From the IMG/VR virus record IMGVR_UViG_3300024999_000010: a stretch of DNA of 20,000 nucleotides; one strand, 5' to 3'. Of the stretch, positions 14,046 through 20,000 are shown in pieces; position 1 is the stretch's first letter; each line of letters starts with the position of its first letter. The DNA is from an uncultured virus (IMG/VR IMGVR_UViG_3300024999_000010). Lineage: Duplodnaviria; Heunggongvirae; Uroviricota; Caudoviricetes. The notes beneath the pieces were generated by a model. The model was not told where the DNA came from and searched no databases. It worked only from the letters and a program-made list of their open reading frames with translations. The position numbers and the translations under genes were made by a program.

Positions 14046-15254
14046 TTACAATTTTTCCTGAGCTTCCATGCAGGAATCCCAAACCTTACAAACATCGCAT
14101 TGCTTATGTTTATCGCAATCTACAGCAAACACAAATCCATGAGGACAATCGCCTTTCGGTTTTGTCGTTTTCTTATTCCTGGTTTGGGTTGGTTCCGGTT
14201 CTGGATCTTTCTCTTTTTCGTCCCCATCTTCCGGCAGGGCATCAAATGCTTCTTCGCAATCATCCTTAATTTCGCACTTCCGGCAAATTTTCTTGGAATT
14301 AAAATCAACTGCAAATGTCAGGTCATGAGGACATTCAGGCTCATTATCTTCTTCCTCTTCCCCAACATTAAGCGGCACATCATCACCAGTTCCTTCATCT
14401 TCTTCCGGCTCAGGTTCAGGTTTCGCTGTTTTCCGCTGTCGTGTCTGTTTTGCCGGTTTCTCTTCCGGTTCTTCTTCGGCTTCTTCCCCGGAGTCCACTT
14501 CCAGGAAAATATTGTTCAATTCATCATAGGACTTAATAACCAATACATCATCAAGATTAATTACCTCATCCAGAATAGATTCATCAATATCATCCCTTTC
14601 AACAAAGGAAATACTGTCGGCATTTGAATAATCATTTCCTGCAAACTGCTCTTTCTGAAAACGTACCCGCAAATCATAGCCGCCAACCAAATCCATAAAG
14701 GTTGCATATTGATCATTATCTGGGTCAAGCAATTCCTTCTTCAGCCGTTTCTCAAAACAGGCATATGAAAACCACCAGAACATAATCGGTCCAGGTTCGC
14801 CTTTCTCGATTACCTGGACATTATACATCACGCAATCCTGAGCCTTGAATTTATTCGCTTCGGTATCAGGAATAGAAGGATCGGCTTTTGCCTTGATGTA
14901 ATATTCATTGATCGGGCAAGCCTTCCCAATGGAAAGAGGGCTGATATATGATTTCTTGTCAACCCCAACCTGCCGCACCCGTTTGAAAGGACGTTTATAC
15001 CATAATTCACCTTCAGGGGCAATATTCTGTCCGTCCGGGTGTTTGGGGTCGGAAACGATATATGGCAACAGTCGCAGGGTATATTTTACCTCAGTCTTGC
15101 CCTTGGGAATATCGACATTAAAAAATTCTGTTCCATCCCCGAGATTTTTAAACATCGTCCCGCTACCACCTTGCGGGCCAGCAACAGCTGCCCCTGCCTT
15201 GGCCCTGTCTGCCGCTGATCCGTATTTTCTGGTTGATTTACTTCTTGTTGCCAT
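14046..15254 (-). CDS. gp32-like single-stranded DNA-binding protein with acidic tail and two Cys-rich repeats
   Basis: LRLLPY, CPINEY, YNVQVI, DLVGGYDLRV pattern; very acidic C-terminal part; located between recA and a UvsY-like gene. Confidence 0.72.
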   Translation of the reverse strand: MATRSKSTRKYGSAADRAKAGAAVAGPQGGSGTMFKNLGDGTEFFNVDIPKGKTEVKYTLRLLPYIVSDPKHPDGQNIAPEGELWYKRPFKRVRQVGVDKKSYISPLSIGKACPINEYYIKAKADPSIPDTEANKFKAQDCVMYNVQVIEKGEPGPIMFWWFSYACFEKRLKKELLDPDNDQYATFMDLVGGYDLRVRFQKEQFAGNDYSNADSISFVERDDIDESILDEVINLDDVLVIKSYDELNNIFLEVDSGEEAEEEPEEKPAKQTRQRKTAKPEPEPEEDEGTGDDVPLNVGEEEEDNEPECPHDLTFAVDFNSKKICRKCEIKDDCEEAFDALPEDGDEKEKDPEPEPTQTRNKKTTKPKGDCPHGFVFAVDCDKHKQCDVCKVWDSCMEAQEKL

Positions 15255-15408
15255 CTTTGTTCTCCCTTATTTGTTTTGTTGATAAGATTTTTTCAATTAT
15301 CCGAGTTATTGTTATAATCAGCCCGGAATGCCATAATCTTGATGCTATATAAACCCAAATTAATGAGCCAAAAAAGAAATATATCCAATGTTGAATAGTC
15401 CAATCCAT
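15238..15408 (-). CDS. 56-aa membrane peptide
   Basis: MDWTIQHWIYFFFGSLIWVYIASRLWHSGLIITITRIIEK...KK*; fills the gap; not in the ORF track. Confidence 0.55.
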   Translation of the reverse strand: MDWTIQHWIYFFFGSLIWVYIASRLWHSGLIITITRIIEKILSTKQIRENKDGNKK

Positions 15409-15409
15409 T

Positions 15410-15913
15410 TCATTTCTTACTCCTTGTCCTGGTTGCTGCTCTAATTTTTTCGTTTACCGATCTTGATTCATATTCCTCCATTTTTGCTGATAATTGCTCA
15501 AAAGATTTTGGGGCAACCGGAACAGAAGTCCAGCCCATTGCCGCCAATTTTACAAAATTTTCAAGGGCTGATTTCTTCATATAAATTGATGATTTCCCAC
15601 CATTAATAATATCCCGTTCATATTCAGCCTGGAATAATTCTTCTTTTGCTTCTTGGTGTCTTGGGTGAGTACGATAATATGCCTCACGAGCAGCATCGTT
15701 CTTTGCTCCGGCATTATTGGCTTCAAGAATCAATTCGGAACGAATTACCTTGAGATTTTCATGCGCTCTTTTTACAGCAAGTTCACAATCAGCAGCAGCT
15801 TTTGAATATTTCAGGAAAAGACCGGATTGCCGCAGCCATTCAACATCCAAATCTTCTGGAGTTGTATTGATATCATTTTCCGGGTCAAGATCATAATTTT
15901 CGTAATGATTCAT
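15410..15913 (-). CDS. UvsY-like recombination mediator (helical)
   Basis: LDVEWLRQSGLFLKYS...AYYRTHPRHQEA...KKSALE helical pattern; neighbours SSB and RecA. Confidence 0.6.
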   Translation of the reverse strand: MNHYENYDLDPENDINTTPEDLDVEWLRQSGLFLKYSKAAADCELAVKRAHENLKVIRSELILEANNAGAKNDAAREAYYRTHPRHQEAKEELFQAEYERDIINGGKSSIYMKKSALENFVKLAAMGWTSVPVAPKSFEQLSAKMEEYESRSVNEKIRAATRTRSKK

Positions 15914-16143
15914 TCAACAGTCCTCCAAATAATTTTAACATCATTGTTGTTTATTCTTTCTTGAAATAATACAAAAAGAGCTTCTTCTAAAGAATCTCCA
16001 TCATGGATTAATTTCCATTCAAATTGTTGAAGATGACTATTCCATTCATAGTCATCTTCAACAATTTCTTCATCTGAAAATAATTTTAAATCATCAATTA
16101 TTTCCCAACGGTAAATTTTAATATTCATTTTGTTTATCTCCAT
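15910..16143 (-). CDS. Acidic hypothetical protein
   Basis: ORF overlaps both neighbours in operon fashion. Start 16143 or 16128. Confidence 0.6.
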   Translation of the reverse strand: MEINKMNIKIYRWEIIDDLKLFSDEEIVEDDYEWNSHLQQFEWKLIHDGDSLEEALFVLFQERINNNDVKIIWRTVE

Positions 16144-16375
16144 TTAAAATTAAATCAACAAATGCTTCTCTTATTTTCATTCCTTGCCCTTTTGCAAGAC
16201 AATTCCCGCAAATTACTTTTTTTGGCGGATATTCCTTGTCAATTGATTCAACAAGTTTCCCCGTTTTGCAATGAGGACATTTCCCGGATAATACCAAAAA
16301 TAACAATTCTCGATCAACATCATCAGGAAGTATTATTTTTGGTATTGATGGACCGCTATATTCTTTCCAGGTCAT
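16118..16375 (-). CDS. Zinc-ribbon hypothetical protein
   Basis: CPHC...CGNC. Confidence 0.65.
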   Translation of the reverse strand: MTWKEYSGPSIPKIILPDDVDRELLFLVLSGKCPHCKTGKLVESIDKEYPPKKVICGNCLAKGQGMKIREAFVDLILNGDKQNEY

Positions 16376-16413
16376 TTATATTATACTCAGAAACGGCTAA
16401 AACCTTCTGAAAA

Positions 16414-18261
16414 TTATTCTTGAGCATGAGCTGCCTTAAAACAGGCCAATGTCAATCCTGGTTTCCCGGTATTATAAAATGGCTCTGAAAATTCATCCAT
16501 CACAATAAATGCCTGAAAATCTTCTTTCTTCAACAGGATTGTATTGCAATATGATAAAATCATCCTTCTCAATTTTTCCTCATCTTCATTTATTAATCCA
16601 CTCAATATTGAAGAAATCTTTTTCCAGGGAGATTTCTGGATTAATGCCCTTGCAAGATCAATTGCTGCATTCTGTTTTGCCGCTTCCTCAAAAATAACTT
16701 CAGCCATTTCTTCAGGATTCAAGCCGGCCACCCTTTCCAATAATTTGAGGGCATTCCGGGGATGGCCAAATGATTGTTCATAAATCAATTCCCTAGCTTC
16801 ATTTGGCAATGTTATCTTTTCCGCCCTGCAAACCTTTCTGAGCAATACACTCATTTCCCCTTCGTTTAAAGGAGACATCACAAAATGGGTACATCTGCCC
16901 TGTATGGTCGGCAAGAGCTTCTGAGGGTCGGTAGTACAGAGGATAAAATAAACGTGCCCAGGGGCGTCCTCCAGAGCTTTTAATAAGGCATTCTGACCAT
17001 CCTTGCTGATAGAGTGGCATTCATCCAGTAGCCATACCCGGCAAGAGCTTTTTGGGTCTTGCGGCTTGAGTCGGACCTGCTTTCTGATTTCTCGTATTGT
17101 ATCAATTCCCCGGAAATCAGCAGTATCAATTTCCCGAAAATCTGCTTCTTTTGCTCCAAGGACATTTGCAATAATCCGGCCTACGGTTGTTTTTCCGCAA
17201 TTTCCTGTGGCAAAAATATTTCCTTCTCTTCTTAAAATTAAATAAGAACTTGGTACTTCAAAACAATATTCATAACCATCTTTTGTTTTATAATTGTTAA
17301 TTTTTACTTTATTTAATCCTTGTATACTTGTAAATTTTTTATTTGTTGCACAAACATCATAATAAATTTTATTTTTTGTTCTTGTATCCTTATAAACAGA
17401 ACTTCTTAACCCACAGGATGCTAATGCATATTGAATAAAATCTTTTGTTTCTTTTATAGATGTACAAAATTTTAATTTTCCATATTCTCCATCCCAATAA
17501 AAAATTTCATCAACAATAATTTTTAATTGTTCTAATGAACAACTATAATATTTTGAATCAAAAATTTTATCTTTATATGGTGGTATAAAATAAAATCTTA
17601 TATATCCATTTCCCATTATATATTTGTCAAATTGTATTTTTGCATTTTTTAACAAATATTCGGCCCTTTTTATTTTTCTTTCCTTTTTTAGATTGATACA
17701 GATTTTTTTTCTATTTTCAGTAAAACTGCCATCAGCAATACACATAACCTGAATTCTTAATTCATCTATTGTTATTGGCAATTTTGTATTAATTATTGGA
17801 GTAAACGTAGTTATAAATTTACCAGAAAATCCGTATTTTGTATTTAAATGTTGATTATGTATTTCCTTAAATGTTTTAACATAATGTTTTTTTTGTTTTT
17901 CTAAATAATATAAAACTCTATGATCTGCACTTAAACATTGATTTATTCCGTATTTTGTTTTTATATGAAATAAATTTTCAGATTTTCTTTTTATAAATTT
18001 GTTTGGTTTAACAAATTCCGCAGTTCCATCTAAATTATATTGCATTACTAAATCATCATTCCATTCAGCAATTCTTTTCCATCCGAATGGTGATAAAAAT
18101 TCAGTATCACAATCCACGCAACCTGTCGGGCCGGTCAAAAGAATAGCATGAGGAAATTTATCTGCTCGATTATCAAATAATGATTTTATCCCCTTGATTG
18201 TTCCTTGGTTGCCAATTACTTCATCAAATGTTCGAGGGCGATGATCTATTGCAAGGCTCAT
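16414..18261 (-). CDS. dnaX: DnaX-like (Pol III gamma/tau) clamp-loader ATPase, intein-containing; 308 aa after splicing
   Basis: HRPRTFDEVIGN, PHAILLTGPTG/CGKTT, GIDTIRE, LLDECH, NALLKALED, FILCTT, TIQGRC. Confidence 0.88.
   Translation of the reverse strand: MSLAIDHRPRTFDEVIGNQGTIKGIKSLFDNRADKFPHAILLTGPTGCVDCDTEFLSPFGWKRIAEWNDDLVMQYNLDGTAEFVKPNKFIKRKSENLFHIKTKYGINQCLSADHRVLYYLEKQKKHYVKTFKEIHNQHLNTKYGFSGKFITTFTPIINTKLPITIDELRIQVMCIADGSFTENRKKICINLKKERKIKRAEYLLKNAKIQFDKYIMGNGYIRFYFIPPYKDKIFDSKYYSCSLEQLKIIVDEIFYWDGEYGKLKFCTSIKETKDFIQYALASCGLRSSVYKDTRTKNKIYYDVCATNKKFTSIQGLNKVKINNYKTKDGYEYCFEVPSSYLILRREGNIFATGNCGKTTVGRIIANVLGAKEADFREIDTADFRGIDTIREIRKQVRLKPQDPKSSCRVWLLDECHSISKDGQNALLKALEDAPGHVYFILCTTDPQKLLPTIQGRCTHFVMSPLNEGEMSVLLRKVCRAEKITLPNEARELIYEQSFGHPRNALKLLERVAGLNPEEMAEVIFEEAAKQNAAIDLARALIQKSPWKKISSILSGLINEDEEKLRRMILSYCNTILLKKEDFQAFIVMDEFSEPFYNTGKPGLTLACFKAAHAQE
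17200..18120 (-). mobile_element. Intein (307 aa) with LAGLIDADG homing endonuclease, inserted in Walker A
   Basis: Starts CVDCDTEFLSPFGWKRI, block B SADHRV, MCIADG and FYWDG motifs, ends YCFEVP...ATGN followed by +1 Cys. Much more AT-rich than the exteins. Confidence 0.92.
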
Positions 18262-19185
18262 AAATTAAATCCTTTTAGTTTAAATGGTTCATAAGGAATT
18301 TTCATATATTTCAAAACTTCTTTTAGTCCTAAATTTTCCATACAAAATTTATATTGTAAAGGATGAGTTATTGACATTCTTTGAAATCTGTTTTCTCCTT
18401 TTTCAAGATGAACACCGAACATGCAAAACATGCAACCCGTTCTTTTGTATAATGTTGTGGTATATTTTTTTCTATAATTTTGAACTATTTCACCATAAAT
18501 TGGAGATATTTTTAAATTGTATTTAATTATATATTTAAAAATATCTTGTTCGTTCCAATTTTTAAATGGCCTTGAAATAGGGCGTCTTGAGTCATATAAA
18601 TTACAAGGTTGATCTTTTAAAACAAATTTTCTTCGTTGTCCATCAGATGGCATTATTCCAATAATCGGAGATGAACGATTTTGCTTTTCGTATCTGTGAA
18701 ACGGTTCTTTTTTTTAATATATCACAACACCGGCTTGATATTTTAAAAGGGGCATTAATTAATGGATAATATTTTTTTGACAACAAATAAGCAGTACATT
18801 TATTGCCATTTGTTGTAACACCATTGACAATAAGCTCTCTCATATTTTTATTTTTATCGGTTGGATTTTGTAAATATCCAATAAACATTGCTTGTTTTTT
18901 ACTTATTACCGGATATCCAACATTTTCAATTACCCATTTGAAATTCTTCTTTGGTCTAATTATATCAACATTATCGAATGTTTTTACAAATAAAACTATT
19001 TCAGGATATTCGAGGCCCGTATTGACAAATACGGCCTTGATATTTGGATACATTGTCCGTGCAATATGAAGCAAAACAGTGCTATCCTTCCCTCCAGAAA
19101 ATGAAATATAAACAGCCCCATCCCAAGCCTCATAAAAACAGGAAATTGCGTCTTGAGCTTGTTTAATTTTATCCTCTAAATTCAT
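18258..19185 (-). pseudogene. PAPS-reductase-family (PP-loop) protein split by one extra A in an A8 run
   Basis: SFSGGKDS, NTGLEYPE, CCDILKK; deleting one T from 18708-18715 gives KKEPFHRYEK...IGIMPSDGQRR...RTGCMFC. Span is 928 nt (3n+1). Confidence 0.82.
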
Positions 19186-19454
19186 TTTGATATTCCTGGG
19201 CAGATTACCCGTTTATAATTATTTCCATGATTCAATAAGTTTACTGTTGGCCTCGTTGGCTTCTGTTCAGAACACCAAAATAATTGAATATATCCATCAT
19301 CAATTATTTTCTCCAACCATGTTTTAGGAACTTTTGATTTAATCCTTTTCTCTTCCAGAAATTTCAATAAATCATTTTCATTTCTAAATATCTTTGTTTT
19401 ATTGTTGAAACATTCAATACATTGTTTCCCCTTTTTAATCATTTCAATCACCAA
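19182..19454 (-). CDS. Hypothetical protein
   Basis: ATGA overlap with the PAPS-reductase start. Start uncertain (ATG near 19442 possible). Confidence 0.55.
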   Translation of the reverse strand: MVIEMIKKGKQCIECFNNKTKIFRNENDLLKFLEEKRIKSKVPKTWLEKIIDDGYIQLFWCSEQKPTRPTVNLLNHGNNYKRVICPGISK

Positions 19455-19465
19455 ATTCTATATTT

Positions 19466-19984
19466 TTAAAATTGCCCAACAAATGATTCAGGGTAAAATC
19501 CATGCTCATTATAAAAAGCAACATCCTCCGCTGGATATCGGGTATACAGGTCTTCGGCAATAGCCACTAACTCATGCGCCAGTTGAGACTTTGAAGACTT
19601 ACCCTCGGCCAACACCGTAAGTAAGGTTAATACCCAAGCCCGCTTGATACGGGTATCAACATACCCTTCTTTTCTTTTACGTGGTTTAGTTCTATTACTT
19701 GGGTATTTGGCACATAATTTTTTATACCATTCTGGATTCTCAGATACCTTAACCTTAATTTGGCATCCTGATTGTTCTCTATCTTCAAACTCGGGAAGAT
19801 TCGGTGCCTTAATTACTTCTAACCGTTGACCTTGCAATTCCCCTAACATCATTTGAAAATAAGGAATTAAAGTCCTTATTTTGGCATCCCATACCGTAAG
19901 TTGTCCCGCCTTACGTTGAGCCTTCTTAATATCCTGACGATTCCGCCTATGTACCGCCTCATAGTTCTCAATTGGGGTTCGCAT
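19466..19984 (-). CDS. Basic hypothetical protein
   Basis: 172 aa ORF co-oriented with the operon. Confidence 0.7.
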   Translation of the reverse strand: MRTPIENYEAVHRRNRQDIKKAQRKAGQLTVWDAKIRTLIPYFQMMLGELQGQRLEVIKAPNLPEFEDREQSGCQIKVKVSENPEWYKKLCAKYPSNRTKPRKRKEGYVDTRIKRAWVLTLLTVLAEGKSSKSQLAHELVAIAEDLYTRYPAEDVAFYNEHGFYPESFVGQF

Positions 19985-20000
19985 TATTAAATGGGCAGGA

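Noticed and set aside
13889..14095. 68-aa minus-strand ORF through tRNA-like RNA 2
   Set aside because: Overlaps the SSB end, has no RBS, and is better explained by the structured RNA.
13872..14627. 251-aa plus-strand ORF
   Set aside because: Antisense shadow of the acidic SSB tail and tRNA-like RNA; Phe/Arg-rich with no RBS.
1..20000. CRISPR array, integrase/att site, DGR, or stop-codon reassignment
   Set aside because: No periodic repeats, integrase or reverse transcriptase seen; genes tile densely under the standard code.

Overview
Fragment of a tailed dsDNA bacteriophage (or prophage) genome with two converging arms. The + strand (1-5130) ends a late region: signal-peptide-bearing beta-rich and beta-helix proteins, then a lysis-type cassette (small TM peptide, lipoprotein, 2-TM holin-like ORF, permuted NlpC/P60 enzyme, coiled-coil TM protein, SleB-type cell wall hydrolase), closed by a double-hairpin terminator with anti-SD-like CCUCC loops. 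The - strand (5196-19984) is a densely packed DNA metabolism operon: PAPS-reductase-family protein (frameshifted), DnaX-like clamp loader with a 307-aa LAGLIDADG intein in Walker A, UvsY-like mediator, gp32-like SSB, RecA/UvsX, 5'-3' exonuclease, RuvC-like resolvase, an SbcCD/gp46-47 system whose ATPase is split at the zinc hook, a minimal nucleotidyltransferase and many small ORFs. Most unusual are two intergenic tRNA-shaped RNAs (6097-6186, 13919-14035) with intact acceptor, D and T arms but no canonical anticodon arm, plus a sar/symR-like antisense architecture over the lipoprotein start. All calls come from manual motif and structure reading; no database searches were run.
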